Below, in pieces: positions 1 to 9,438 of a stretch of DNA of 38,730 nucleotides. This DNA comes from an uncultured Desulfobacca sp. (GTDB lineage: Bacteria > Desulfobacterota > Desulfobaccia > Desulfobaccales > 0-14-0-80-60-11). Below the pieces are notes generated by a model, which ran no database searches, was not told the DNA's origin, and saw nothing but the letters and a program-made list of their open reading frames with translations. Each line of letters begins with the position of its first letter. Position 1 is the stretch's first letter. Location of the stretch: assembly GCA_964578335.1 (NCBI GenBank), contig CAZOCQ010000004.1:1-38730 (forward strand). The letters are read 5' to 3'. Made by a program: the position numbers and the translations under genes.

Positions 1-203
1 GGTTGTCTCCGTCGCGGCTGTCCCTGGTCATATCGCCTCTCTTGGCCTCTTCGGCGGTAAATGATGGAGAGTCCATAGTAATGGTTCCTCGGGTTTTCGT
101 CAATGGCTACGAACCGACTCGTCGGCGTTGACCCCGGAGCGCTTCCGGCAATCTTGCGGCGCCCGGGTCTTCCGTGTTAAAGAACTATCGGAAAGGCCAT
201 CCC

Positions 204-620
204 ATGAACTGTCCCCATTGCGGGAAAGCCCTGGAGCCGGAGAAACACGGCGACCTGGTCTGTGACGGCCAGGTCTGGTGCCACTGCTGTCACCGCTATG
301 ATGAGCGGCTGCTGGCGGCCCGCCCGATTCCGGAACTGGAAAACTGGGCTGAACAGCTCTGCGCCGCCTTCGGCCAGGACCCGGTCCGCCTCCGGCGGGA
401 CCCGGAATTCCTGCCCAATCCTGAAAAATACTGGGACGGCGCCACCTTTCTGCTGGCGGAAGCCGACCACGATAAACGGGAGATCATGCTCCACCCTCCC
501 GGCCACCGTCTCGAGACCCTGTGCCACGAACTGGCCCACCTCTTCACCGGCCAAGACCACACCGGCAACTGGGCCCGGACCTTTGCCGCCCTGGTGTCCT
601 GGGTCAAGGCCCGCCTCTAG
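204..620 (+). CDS. Small zinc-ribbon / HExxH putative metalloprotease (SprT/WLM-like)
   Basis: ORF 174..620. It has N-terminal CPHCG...CHCCH cysteines and HELAH (HExxH) near the C-terminus. GAAAGG lies 7 nt upstream of ATG 204, favouring that start over GTG 174. Third codon positions are G/C-rich on this strand. Confidence 0.6.
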   Translation: MNCPHCGKALEPEKHGDLVCDGQVWCHCCHRYDERLLAARPIPELENWAEQLCAAFGQDPVRLRRDPEFLPNPEKYWDGATFLLAEADHDKREIMLHPPGHRLETLCHELAHLFTGQDHTGNWARTFAALVSWVKARL

Positions 621-643
621 GTTGCAGCCCTGAAAGGTAGTCC

Positions 644-689
644 AAAAAAATCCCCTCCCCCAGGACTTCAAGACTGTGAGAGGGGGATT
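644..689 (-). terminator. Candidate intrinsic terminator of the minus-strand CoA-transferase operon
   Basis: On the minus strand, AATCCCC...GGGGATT forms a stem (extendable with a bulge) directly followed by T7 (the plus-strand A-run at 644-650). It lies ~90-130 nt past the stop at 776. Confidence 0.45.
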
Positions 690-693
690 GCCG

Positions 694-757
694 CCTTACC
701 GGAACCCTTGGGACGGGCACACCGGTAAGGGCCCGGGGTTGACCTCATCCCGGGCCC
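694..757. repeat. Two back-to-back perfect 9-bp inverted repeats in a convergent spacer
   Basis: CCTTACCGG (694-702) pairs with CCGGTAAGG (722-730). GGGCCCGGG (729-737) pairs with CCCGGGCCC (749-757). Confidence 0.8.
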
Positions 758-775
758 GCGGGCCGGAAGGACTAT

Positions 776-1201
776 TTAAGGTGCAATGTAATCCGCGGTG
801 TAGCCCAGTTTCATCTTGTCCAAGGGCCACATCTTGGTGCTGTCCACCTCCTGGCCGGACAACACCGGCTGATCGTTGATTTTTTCGATGAGCACCTCAA
901 TGAAGTGGAACTCGGTGAGTTCGTATTTCATGATGGTCTCGGCCGGCAGCAAGACCGCCAACCCCGATTCCTTGGAGAAACTCCAATGGAAGGATTCATT
1001 GGGCTCAGCGGTCATCTGTCCGGTTTTGCCGGCAAATACTTTGAGAAGTTTACCGGAGATATGATCATTGGGTTTAACCTGAAATTCTTCAAACAACTCA
1101 TCGGGAATGTGCCACCACAAGGCGCGGAACCCCGTTTTGACATAGCCCCTGACAAGCATGGGGTCGAATCCGCAGACACCAACGCGGGCTTTTGCTGGCA
1201 T
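776..1201 (-). CDS. Hypothetical protein (141 aa), last gene of the CoA-transferase operon
   Basis: The start inside ORF 776..1258 is taken at ATG 1201, preceded by AAAGGAG 7-8 nt upstream. No motif recognised. Codon bias fits this strand. Confidence 0.6.
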   Translation of the reverse strand: MPAKARVGVCGFDPMLVRGYVKTGFRALWWHIPDELFEEFQVKPNDHISGKLLKVFAGKTGQMTAEPNESFHWSFSKESGLAVLLPAETIMKYELTEFHFIEVLIEKINDQPVLSGQEVDSTKMWPLDKMKLGYTADYIAP

Positions 1202-1295
1202 ACGTGCTCTCCTTTTGCTTGAAATCGCAGTCCGGGTGGCCTCCCACCTGAGCCCCACCGGTTCAAGGCGTCAGGCCCAGGTGGAAAAGGCACCC

Positions 1296-1628
1296 TTACT
1301 CTTGCCAAACCACCTTGGTTTTTAGAATCGTCTCCTGCCATACCCCCGGCTTCACCGTGGGCTGCTCCAGTTCCCGGATCAGTCGCCGCAGATCATCGAC
1401 CTGGTGATAGCAACTGTCCAGGAACTCTTCCGCCTGGGCTTGGGTGAGGTGCTCACATTGAAATAGGCGGCGGAGGTATGGGGAGACATACGTGGTGATC
1501 TCCTCCTGGAACTCCTCCACCAGGAAGTCGTTGTTCCCATCCGGGGTGGCATGCTCCAGATAACTGCGCTTCCAGTTGAGCACCATCGCTTCCAGGGCCT
1601 GGAGTTCCTGACGGACGTTGTCTTCCAT
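1296..1628 (-). CDS. Hypothetical acidic, probably helical protein (110 aa)
   Basis: ORF 1296..1628. Its ATG is 1 nt after the stop of the upstream 78-aa ORF, suggesting translational coupling. No recognisable family. Confidence 0.6.
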   Translation of the reverse strand: MEDNVRQELQALEAMVLNWKRSYLEHATPDGNNDFLVEEFQEEITTYVSPYLRRLFQCEHLTQAQAEEFLDSCYHQVDDLRRLIRELEQPTVKPGVWQETILKTKVVWQE

Positions 1629-1629
1629 G

Positions 1630-1866
1630 CTAGCCTTTCTGCTTAAAGGCGTAGCACTTCTTCACCACGTTGAAGTCCGCTACGCACCAGTAATAGGGCC
1701 AGTGGATTTTCATGCACCAGCCGATGATATCCGCGGGGGGGAAACTGGAGCCTTTGATCACCGGTTTCAGGAACTCACACTGCCAGCAGATATGGTCTGA
1801 TTCTTTCTCCGGCTCCAGGACCTTGTCCAGGAATTGACGCGGGGTTAACCCTTTCGCTTCAATCAT
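1630..1866 (-). CDS. Hypothetical Cys/Trp-rich small protein (78 aa, CWQC motif)
   Basis: ORF 1630..1866 with GAAGGAG 6 nt upstream of the ATG. It has 5 Cys (including C-W-Q-C) and 4 Trp in 78 residues. No recognisable family. Confidence 0.6.
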   Translation of the reverse strand: MIEAKGLTPRQFLDKVLEPEKESDHICWQCEFLKPVIKGSSFPPADIIGWCMKIHWPYYWCVADFNVVKKCYAFKQKG

Positions 1867-1900
1867 GAGTCACTCCTTCTCGTTATTCACCGGGTCCCGG

Positions 1901-2389
1901 TTACCAGCATTTCACTTCGCCCTTGGCGAGCTTTTCCTGATACTCCGCCCAGACCTCCGGGGCCAACTTCTTGATGTCCCAGTTGAAGCCGAACTGTCCG
2001 GCGATGCCGGCGGAAGGCTTCTGCGGGCGCCAGCCCCGGAGCGGTTTGCCCCGGATGCTGAACTTCACCATGTCAGGCACCCCCAGGTAGATGTGGCGGG
2101 GCAGGCACTGGAAGGGCCGGGTCCGGCCTTCGGTGCCCATGGTGATGAAAGTATAGCCGTCCAGAGGCTTATCGGCATAGAGGGGGCTGGTGTCCGGCTT
2201 AGTTCCCGCCGCCTGTTCATCAGGGCCTTGATACATGTGCCCCTGGATCATGTGGATGGCGTACACCGTGCCGCACTCGGCGCAGTTGACCGTGCCCTTC
2301 CAGTTCCAGAAGCAGTAGGGATCCAGGTAATTCACCGTATTGCAGGGCTTGCCGCCCACGTCTTTTTTGCACCAGATGATATCACACAC
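1901..2389 (-). CDS. Hypothetical Cys-rich protein (162 aa)
   Basis: ORF 1901..2389 starts at GTG with AGGAGG ~8 nt upstream. It has 8 Cys, including NCAECG. It begins 15 nt after the stop of the transferase gene. Confidence 0.65.
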   Translation of the reverse strand: MCDIIWCKKDVGGKPCNTVNYLDPYCFWNWKGTVNCAECGTVYAIHMIQGHMYQGPDEQAAGTKPDTSPLYADKPLDGYTFITMGTEGRTRPFQCLPRHIYLGVPDMVKFSIRGKPLRGWRPQKPSAGIAGQFGFNWDIKKLAPEVWAEYQEKLAKGEVKCW

Positions 2390-2404
2390 AGCGCTCTCCT
2401 CCTT

Positions 2405-3847
2405 TTAGATCCAGGCCTTGTCGTACCACTCTTTGACCTTGGAAATGGGGTAGCCCAGCAGCTCGTGGTAGAACTTGACGTTGTCCGCGCCCACCGGCCG
2501 CCAGATCCAATAGAGCCGTCTGGGGGTTTTGGACATCAGCCCGGCGCTGTAGGTGCCCTGCACCAGGAAGTCGCCGAAGAGGGGATCATCGATCCAGCGC
2601 ACGGTGCCCCGTTGCCGGTAGTGCTCGTTCTCATAGACTTCCCGGTCGTTCATTACCGGCTCGCACAGCAGCCCTTCGTTCTGCAGGATGCGGACCACCT
2701 CGCTCCGGGACTTATCCTTGGCCCAATCCTCCAACTGGGCATAGATGTCCACCTGGGCCTCGGCCTCCACCCGGTCCTTGTGCTTCATATACTTGCTATA
2801 CATATCGGGTTTCTTGATGACGTCGCACAGGGCCTTGAAGTCCTTATCCTGGAAGGCCGAGACCATGGCGTAACGGGCTTCGAACTTGTCCTGGGGGTTG
2901 ATGGCGTCCGGGAAGTCGGACTTGCCGCAGAGGATGATGCCGTGCACGCAGAGCTGGGTGTCCCAGTTGCCCCAACGCTGGCGGACGATGCCGAAGCGTC
3001 CGTACATCGGCGCCGTGTGGCCCAGGACCCGGGTGGCCGCCTGCACCTGGGAGAACTCGATCATGGTGCCCAGCCCGGTCTTGCGCCGCCAGAGCATGGC
3101 CGCCAGGATGCCGAAGGTGATCTGGGTGCCGGAATACCAGTCGATGCACCAGTTGGAATGTTTGGCGCAGTGGCCGCCCATGAACTCGTGCATGCCGGTG
3201 ACCGAGGCCAGACCGGCGTGGGCCTGCCCCAGGATGTCGTAGGAGCCGCCGAAGATCTTGGGGCCGTAACCGAAACCGCCGCCCCAAACATAGATGAACC
3301 GGGGGTTCATCTCCGCCAGATAGGGGTAACTCTGCTTCCAGCGGTCGAAGGTGCCGGGCCGGTAGCATTCGGTAAGGCCGTCGGACATCTTGACGATGCG
3401 GTAGAAGGGCTCCTTCATTTCCGCGATGTGATAGTCAATGCTGACGTAGTATTCATTGACGTTGGCGTTGGTAAAGCCCATGCCGGTGCCGGTCATGGGC
3501 CGGGTGTCGTGCAAGGGGTAGAGATAGGCCTCGTTGAAGGGCGAGGTGTGCTTCATGGGGTCGCCCATGCGGGGCATTTCGAATTTATAAACCTCGGCCC
3601 CCAGTTCCGCCAGGTTGGCCACCGAATGGGGGGTGAAGATATACATGGTGGTGCTCATCCAGCGGATGCCCTTCAGAGACTCGGGCTTGCCCATTTCGTG
3701 CCCCGGAGCGAAGACGGCCCGACAAAAATCCTCGTAGGGCATCTTCATTTCGTCGAGCTCTTGCCTGCTCTTGGGGCCCTTCTGGTCCTCCATGGGAGCC
3801 TCAATCAGATGTTTATATTTCTTGCGCCATTCCTTCTTGTCGTTCAT
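2405..3847 (-). CDS. Family III (CaiB/BaiF/Frc-type) CoA-transferase subunit, 480 aa
   Basis: [19 protein letters not shown] matches the N-terminal nucleotide-fold motif of family III transferases. [19 protein letters not shown] matches the active-site Asp region. The start overlaps the upstream stop by 1 nt. Confidence 0.85.
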   Translation of the reverse strand: MNDKKEWRKKYKHLIEAPMEDQKGPKSRQELDEMKMPYEDFCRAVFAPGHEMGKPESLKGIRWMSTTMYIFTPHSVANLAELGAEVYKFEMPRMGDPMKHTSPFNEAYLYPLHDTRPMTGTGMGFTNANVNEYYVSIDYHIAEMKEPFYRIVKMSDGLTECYRPGTFDRWKQSYPYLAEMNPRFIYVWGGGFGYGPKIFGGSYDILGQAHAGLASVTGMHEFMGGHCAKHSNWCIDWYSGTQITFGILAAMLWRRKTGLGTMIEFSQVQAATRVLGHTAPMYGRFGIVRQRWGNWDTQLCVHGIILCGKSDFPDAINPQDKFEARYAMVSAFQDKDFKALCDVIKKPDMYSKYMKHKDRVEAEAQVDIYAQLEDWAKDKSRSEVVRILQNEGLLCEPVMNDREVYENEHYRQRGTVRWIDDPLFGDFLVQGTYSAGLMSKTPRRLYWIWRPVGADNVKFYHELLGYPISKVKEWYDKAWI

Positions 3848-5340
3848 TATATTACCCCCTTCTCCTTGAGCTCGTTGACTCTGGATTGGCCGACGCCGCA
3901 GTACTTCTGCAAGATCTCATAGGTGTCAAACCCCAGGGGCCGGCCCAGCACCTTGACTCGGTGCGGCGTCCGCATCTGGAAAGAATTGGGGGAAGCCGCG
4001 AACATCACGGTGCCGTAGTGGTCGGTGTCAATGGTGGAGACCCAGGGACGGTACTTGAAATGGGGGAACTCCGCCACTTCATCGATGAACAGAATGGGGC
4101 CGGCGGCCACTTCGTACTGCATCAGCTTCTGTTCGGCTTCGATGCGGTTGATGTCCCGGAGCCAACGGGTGGTGAGGGTGTAGGTCTTGATCAGCATGGC
4201 CAGGGCGTTTCTGGCCCCCATCTCTTTGAGGATGGGATCTTCGTGGATCAGGCGGCCGAACTGGGGGAAGTCCCGCTCGATGCACATGCCGATGCGGTAC
4301 CAGAGGCGGTCGGTCTGGCCGCCGATCATCATGTAGCCGTCCCGGCAGGGGTTCCATTCGTACTGGTTGAGGTTGGGGTCCCAACCGCCGGTGCGGGCCT
4401 TGATGGAGGCGTTGAAGCCGTACCAGGAGATGTCGAAGTCCAGGATGTCCATCTGAGTCTCGGCGCCGGTGACCTCGCAGAACTGGCCCTCGCCGCTGAA
4501 CTCATCCCGCCAGTAGAGGGCCGCCAACAGGGTGTTGGCGCCCTGTTCCCCGGCGGCGTAGTCCGCGAACCAGACGCCGGAGCGGGTGGGGTCGCCGCCC
4601 TTGCCCCGGGGCAACTGGTCCTGGGGGAAGCCGGTGTTGTGCACAAAGGAATTGGCGCAACCGCCGAAGGGCTCCAGGGTCCACTGGCCGTACTTGGACA
4701 GCTTGTCCTTGAAGGGTCCCCAGGTGCCGCGCACCGCCATATTCAAATAAACCAGACGCTTATTCAGCTTGGAAAGATGGCGGTAACCCAGACCCAGGCT
4801 GTCCATGTAGCCGGGGGGCATCTCATCGATGATGCCGTCCACCTGCTTGGCCATGGTCTTGTAAATCTCCCGGCCTTCCTCGCTCTCCAGGTTCAGGGTG
4901 ACGGATTTCTGCCCCCGCATCTCATGCAGGAAGTCCAGGCCGCATTTTTCCCCGGTGATTTCCGAGGTGAACATATATTCTTCGCGGCCGAAGGGGGTGA
5001 GCTGGCGCAGGGGATCGCCTTCGGGGGGTTCAATGTTGATCACTTCAGCCCCGGCCTCGCACAGTAGCGCAGCGCAGAACTTGTTGCCCAGTCTCCATTG
5101 GCCGCAGCATAAGAACTTGAAACCCTGGAGGGCCTCAGGTTTCCCGAAGGAGTATTCGTACCTGAGGTTGTCCTCGCACCATTTGCCAAACTCTTCCGCC
5201 TTCCGTTTGGCGTAAATGTTGGCCATTACCCATTCGGGATCAGGCGGCGGCGTCACCGGCCAGGGCCTGATTTTTTCCGACATCAACTCCAGGGTATCGG
5301 CCCGACTGTTGATTTCGATGTCACGCTTTTCTTGCGCCAT
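3847..5340 (-). CDS. Family III CoA-transferase subunit paralogue, ~497 aa
   Basis: ORF 3847..5355. ATG 5340 is preferred because GGGAGG lies 7 nt upstream. [18 protein letters not shown] is a family III N-terminal motif. The protein has a ~70-aa N-terminal extension. Confidence 0.85.
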   Translation of the reverse strand: MAQEKRDIEINSRADTLELMSEKIRPWPVTPPPDPEWVMANIYAKRKAEEFGKWCEDNLRYEYSFGKPEALQGFKFLCCGQWRLGNKFCAALLCEAGAEVINIEPPEGDPLRQLTPFGREEYMFTSEITGEKCGLDFLHEMRGQKSVTLNLESEEGREIYKTMAKQVDGIIDEMPPGYMDSLGLGYRHLSKLNKRLVYLNMAVRGTWGPFKDKLSKYGQWTLEPFGGCANSFVHNTGFPQDQLPRGKGGDPTRSGVWFADYAAGEQGANTLLAALYWRDEFSGEGQFCEVTGAETQMDILDFDISWYGFNASIKARTGGWDPNLNQYEWNPCRDGYMMIGGQTDRLWYRIGMCIERDFPQFGRLIHEDPILKEMGARNALAMLIKTYTLTTRWLRDINRIEAEQKLMQYEVAAGPILFIDEVAEFPHFKYRPWVSTIDTDHYGTVMFAASPNSFQMRTPHRVKVLGRPLGFDTYEILQKYCGVGQSRVNELKEKGVI

Positions 5341-5684
5341 GTTTTGACCTCCCATATCTGGCGTCCTAGGAGTAGCCTTTGATTAAGCTCTGAGGGAATC
5401 GAACCACGACTACTTGATAGATTTGAAAACCAAGGTTCCTCCTGATAAGTAATGCCTCACAAGGAGAAAGTTCAACGTCCACGGGGAACATAGTCCTCGG
5501 GTATCTAGAGCCCGGGCCGGGTGTCAGCCGGCTCGCCTGGCGAACCCGGCGTCTCCCCTCTTCAGGTCTCACCTCCTTTCCGGCCGTTAATCTTGGGCAG
5601 TGGGATTGAAACAAGAATCCTTGGAATGTTGCGCCTGCGCACCAAGGCCCCACCTTTGGTGCGAGGGACGCAGTATGAATTTAT

Positions 5685-5700
5685 TTCAAGATTCCTGCCA
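5685..5700 (-). promoter_or_regulatory. Weak sigma-54-like -24/-12 element (TGGCAG-N5-TTGAA)
   Basis: The minus strand reads TGGCAGGAATCTTGAA. The GG and spacing are correct, but the -12 GC is GA. It is the only TGGCA-type match between the activator gene and the operon. Confidence 0.3.
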
Positions 5701-5808
5701 GAAAGCTCGAAAGCGGCGAATAAGGCTATTTATCTTGGGAAAATAGTAGGTTAGCCTGACAGCCGGCAGGTCCGCCTGGGCGGCGAAAACCGGAATAACC
5801 TGGGATGT

Positions 5809-5901
5809 GTATGAATTAGGACTCTTTGAAGAACGATCAACCTTTAAAAATCAGAAAGAATGGGGAGAATATCGAGTTTTCAGAGGAGTATGAATTAGGA
5901 C
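5809..5901. repeat. Two 14-bp direct repeats GTATGAATTAGGAC (candidate activator sites)
   Basis: Copies lie at 5809-5822 and 5888-5901, 79 bp apart. A partial third copy, GTATGAATT, lies at 5673-5681. The second full copy overlaps the stop codon of the activator gene. Confidence 0.4.
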
Positions 5902-8579
5902 CCTGAAAGGTTTTTTTCCAATCCATGACGCCGAATTTTGCTGTAAAGCGTGCTGCGCGTCATCTGCAGTCGCCTGGCGGCCTCGTGTTTATTCCAATTG
6001 GCCTCCTGAAGCACTCTGAGAATCAAGCGCCGTTCGTTCTCGGCCAGGGAAGTGGAGAGAGGGCTTTCCAGGGACTCTTTGAGAAAACGGGGCAAGTGCC
6101 GGCGCCGGATGGTCTCTCCCTGGGCGATGATCACCGCATGGTTGATGGCGTTCTCCAACTGCCGCACATTGCCCGGCCAATCGTAATCCATCAGGGCCTG
6201 CATGGCGTTGGCGGAGATTTTTTGCATGTTCTTCTTTTCCTTGAGGCTGCACTTCCGGAGGAAATGCCCGCACAGCAAGGGGATATCGTCTTTCCGCTCC
6301 TTTAGCGGCGGCAGATGAATGGAGATGACGTTGAGGCGATAATAGAGATCATCCCGAAAATTCCCGTTATCCACCGCCTTTTGCAGGTCCTGATTGGTGG
6401 CCGCCAGGACCCTGACATTGGCCTCGATGGCCTTTTCTCCCCCTACCCTTTCAAAATAGTGGTCCTGAAGGAAGCGCAGGAGCAACACCTGGGTGGCCGG
6501 AGAAATATCGCCGATTTCATCCAGAAAGAGCGTGCCGCCGTGGGCCCTTTCGATGCGCCCTTTCTTCTGGCGGATGGCCCCGGTAAAAGAACCCTTTTCG
6601 TGGCCGAAGAGTTCGCTTTCCAGCAGGGTGGGGGAATAAGCCGAACAATTGGCCACCACGAAGGGCCCTTTGCTGCGGTGACTCTGCTGGTGAATCGCCT
6701 GGGCCACCAGTTCTTTGCCGGTGCCGTTCTCCCCGGTGATGAGCACGGTGGCGTCGGAAGCGGAGACCAGATCAATAAGTTCATAGACTTCCTGCATCTT
6801 CTTGCTCTGGCCGATCAGTCCCCCATGGGACGCCTTGGTTTGATGGTGATGGCGGAGTTGGTTGATTTCCGCTTCGTGCAGCACCAGAGAGCGGATATGA
6901 CCCCCGGTCTGGTCCAGCAGCGCCTGGATGAATTGCAAATCACTTTTGGGGTAGTCGGTCAACTCCCGGGACTGGAGGAGGAAAAACCCGATGCACTGTT
7001 GTTGCACCAGGATGGGCAGTCCGAACCAAGAGGGAAAGATTTCCGAGATGATCTTCAGGAAGGCCGGGGCATGCGGACCGTTGGCCCCGGTAAAAACCTG
7101 GTATTCCTGAACCTTCCCCAGGAAACGGATAAAATCCGCCACCAATCCCGGCTGTTCCACCATGTGGTCCAGCCCCGCGGCCAGCGGCAGAAAATGGAGG
7201 CGCTTGTCATCCAAAACCAGGAACAGGGCCTCGGATTCAGGGAAGATCTCGGCGGTTTTCATCCTAAGGGCTTCGATCAGTTCGCCCAGCGAATCCTTGG
7301 CGTTCATCTGCCGGGAAATCTCAAACAGGGTTTCCAACTGGTGCTGGGTCTTCTGGAGCTCCCGGGAACGGAAGGCCAGGGCCTCCTCCATTTTGCGCTT
7401 TTCGGTCACGTCCCGCTCCAGGCGCACCACGAGATTCACTTCCCCCTGCTGATCGAGCAGTGGATAGGCGGAAATCTGCAGGATCCGCTCCTGCCCCTGG
7501 GCATCGGGATATACCCGGTCCCCAAAGGCCGCCAGCTTCTCCCGGTAGGCCTTCTGCACCGGGCAATAGATGCCCTCTTTTTTGCACGGCGTCTTCCGGT
7601 GCAACATCACGTCATAGCAGGTCTTTCCCAGGATGGCCTGGCCATTCTGACCCACCCGCCGCAGGAATGAATTGTTCGCCTGCACGATCCGATAATTCTT
7701 GGGATCGATCACCAACAGATTGTCGGTGATGCCGTTGATAATCTTTTCCCGAAATTCACTGGCGGTGCGCAGTTCTTTTTCCACCTGCTTGAGATGGGTG
7801 ATGTCGGTGGCAATGGCCAAGGAGCCCAAATAGGCGCCGTTGACTGTGAAAGGCGCCGCCGCCACCAGGCAGATCAAGGATGAACCGTCTTTACACCGCA
7901 AAGAGAGTTCATAGGAATCGGCGAAACCCCGGCGCCGGCGTTCGATCTGGCTCTTGGCCAGCTCCCGGCCCTCCGCGGCGATGAAATCGAAAACCGGCCG
8001 TCCGATAATCTCCTCAACCCCGTCGTAACCCAGCATCCGAGCCAGAAAGCCATTGGCGAAGGTCACTTTCTCTTCCGGGTTCACGAAGAGAATGCCTTCC
8101 CGGGCCAGTTCCACGATGGTCCGGTATTTCTCCTCCGAGGTCTTGAGCTCGGCCTCCAGCCTCTTGCGCCAGGAAATATCCCGGCCGTGCTCAATGGCTT
8201 GAATAACCGCGCCGCTGGCGTCTCTGACCGGATAGGAATGGACTTCAATATGGCGCTGAGCCCCGTCGGGCAAAGTTACCACCATTTCCCGCCATTGGGG
8301 TTGGCCGGTCCGGAAGACTTCCCGGACGTGGCATTCCTCACAAAGGGTGCTGCGGCCGTGAAAGACTTCATAGCAGTGCCGGCCCAGCACCCGGTCCGCT
8401 TCTTGCTGATAAACCTGCAGCAGGGACCGGTTAATTTTCAGAATACGAAAGTCCCGATCATAGATGGCCAGGGGATCGGCAAAACTGTCGAAAATTCTCA
8501 AAAAGAATTGGTCGGAGGCCGGAGCGCCATCCAAGGCCTGGAGCTGGGGATTGAGGTGGGCGGACATCTCATTTCCCAT
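5895..8579 (-). CDS. Sigma-54-dependent transcriptional activator, 3x PAS + GAF-like + AAA+ + Fis-type HTH (894 aa)
   Basis: Walker A GENGTGKE, the GAFTGA-loop variant GSFTGA, WPGNVRQLEN and the C-terminal HTH AARRLQMTRSTLYSKIRRHGL are present. Three PAS-like segments and a GAF-like segment precede the AAA+ core. Confidence 0.9.
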   Translation of the reverse strand: MGNEMSAHLNPQLQALDGAPASDQFFLRIFDSFADPLAIYDRDFRILKINRSLLQVYQQEADRVLGRHCYEVFHGRSTLCEECHVREVFRTGQPQWREMVVTLPDGAQRHIEVHSYPVRDASGAVIQAIEHGRDISWRKRLEAELKTSEEKYRTIVELAREGILFVNPEEKVTFANGFLARMLGYDGVEEIIGRPVFDFIAAEGRELAKSQIERRRRGFADSYELSLRCKDGSSLICLVAAAPFTVNGAYLGSLAIATDITHLKQVEKELRTASEFREKIINGITDNLLVIDPKNYRIVQANNSFLRRVGQNGQAILGKTCYDVMLHRKTPCKKEGIYCPVQKAYREKLAAFGDRVYPDAQGQERILQISAYPLLDQQGEVNLVVRLERDVTEKRKMEEALAFRSRELQKTQHQLETLFEISRQMNAKDSLGELIEALRMKTAEIFPESEALFLVLDDKRLHFLPLAAGLDHMVEQPGLVADFIRFLGKVQEYQVFTGANGPHAPAFLKIISEIFPSWFGLPILVQQQCIGFFLLQSRELTDYPKSDLQFIQALLDQTGGHIRSLVLHEAEINQLRHHHQTKASHGGLIGQSKKMQEVYELIDLVSASDATVLITGENGTGKELVAQAIHQQSHRSKGPFVVANCSAYSPTLLESELFGHEKGSFTGAIRQKKGRIERAHGGTLFLDEIGDISPATQVLLLRFLQDHYFERVGGEKAIEANVRVLAATNQDLQKAVDNGNFRDDLYYRLNVISIHLPPLKERKDDIPLLCGHFLRKCSLKEKKNMQKISANAMQALMDYDWPGNVRQLENAINHAVIIAQGETIRRRHLPRFLKESLESPLSTSLAENERRLILRVLQEANWNKHEAARRLQMTRSTLYSKIRRHGLEKNLSGS

Positions 8580-8715
8580 TGTCTAATTTTTGGACATCGG
8601 GGGTCTGATATTAATCAAAAACATAATTATCTTCTTTTGTCAAAAATTTTTTGATAAATTTTTCAATAAGGTTTGGGAATAAGGCATTCCTGATTTTTAA
8701 AAGGATTTGGCCAGC

Positions 8716-9075
8716 ATGCTCCTCGAATACTGGGAAAAACGCCGGCTGACTCAGGCCGACTGGCAATCGGAGTTGGATGCGATGGGTCTCAGCCCCCTCT
8801 CTTTCCGGAACATCATCGAGCCGGTCCTCACCGAAAAAGGCGCAGTTCTCGTCTCTGTTTACCGCTTCAGCCGCTATGCGGAAGCGCCGGGATCTCTGCT
8901 GGTTTGCCACGATATCGGCCGCGGGGCCCTGGTCTTCGAGGCCCGAACCCAATGGGGCCGCTGGGATGAAGCGGCGGAAGTCCTTACCCTGGACGGCACC
9001 GGGGAGCAATTCAATTTTGAAGGCCGGCCGCTGGCCGAGGGCGACGACGGCTCCTGTTCTTTGGGAAATATCTAA
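8716..9075 (+). CDS. Hypothetical protein (119 aa)
   Basis: ORF 8707..9075 (TTG start); ATG 8716 is used here. Third positions are G/C-rich. No motif recognised. The start is uncertain. Confidence 0.45.
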   Translation: MLLEYWEKRRLTQADWQSELDAMGLSPLSFRNIIEPVLTEKGAVLVSVYRFSRYAEAPGSLLVCHDIGRGALVFEARTQWGRWDEAAEVLTLDGTGEQFNFEGRPLAEGDDGSCSLGNI

Positions 9076-9148
9076 GTTGCAGGAATCGCTTCCGCTTGCT
9101 CCGGAATTTCCTCCCCTGTGCGGCGCAATTTTTCCAAAGGAGATGCCT

Positions 9149-9415
9149 ATGACCGGATATTTCTTTGATGATGCCGACGAAATGGAGGAATACCAGCTCT
9201 TCCGGCGTCAGGACCAACCCCTGTTAAGGGCCTATGAAAAGCTGCGGCTGGCCCTGCGGCAGGCTGAGACCGAACTGCAGGAGGACCCCCAAAACCAGGA
9301 AAAGGCCGCCACTGTGGCAAAACTTCAGGATGAAGTGGCGGCCCTGGAGCGGCAGGCCCCCTGGCTCAACTATGACTATCCCCTGGAGTACCTGCTTTGG
9401 GGCCCGCCCCATTGA
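9149..9415 (+). CDS. Hypothetical acidic, coiled-coil-like protein (88 aa)
   Basis: An internal ATG of ORF 8777..9415 has AAGGAG 6 nt upstream. The upstream part of that ORF overlaps the previous gene in another frame. Confidence 0.5.
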   Translation: MTGYFFDDADEMEEYQLFRRQDQPLLRAYEKLRLALRQAETELQEDPQNQEKAATVAKLQDEVAALERQAPWLNYDYPLEYLLWGPPH

Positions 9416-9438
9416 GCAAGCCCTTACCGGAGAGACAG

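Noticed and set aside
1-31. Possible start of a minus-strand gene (ATG at 31 with GAGAGG upstream, reading MTRDSRDGDN... off the left edge).
   Set aside because: Only ~10 codons are visible, which is too little to call.
1865-3922. 685-aa plus-strand ORF spanning the CoA-transferase genes.
   Set aside because: It is antisense to two ORFs with clear family motifs. Its translation is low-complexity (G/A/L/H/P/V-rich) with no motif. This is a typical shadow ORF in GC-rich DNA.
5370-5510. Possible tRNA, tRNA-Sec or tmRNA-like gene on the minus strand. It shows GGTTCGATTCC, a TTTCAAA loop and a TCTAGA..GAGGAC D-arm-like string.
   Set aside because: The T-stem flanks do not pair (CGTGG versus CCCTC). 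The D-loop lacks GG. The anticodon-like stem has a 3-nt insertion. The candidate acceptor halves are ~125 nt apart. No cloverleaf can be drawn.
5366-5653. 95-aa minus-strand ORF inside the long leader.
   Set aside because: It has no SD and an arbitrary-looking R/P/G-rich sequence. The region looks like structured RNA and not coding sequence.
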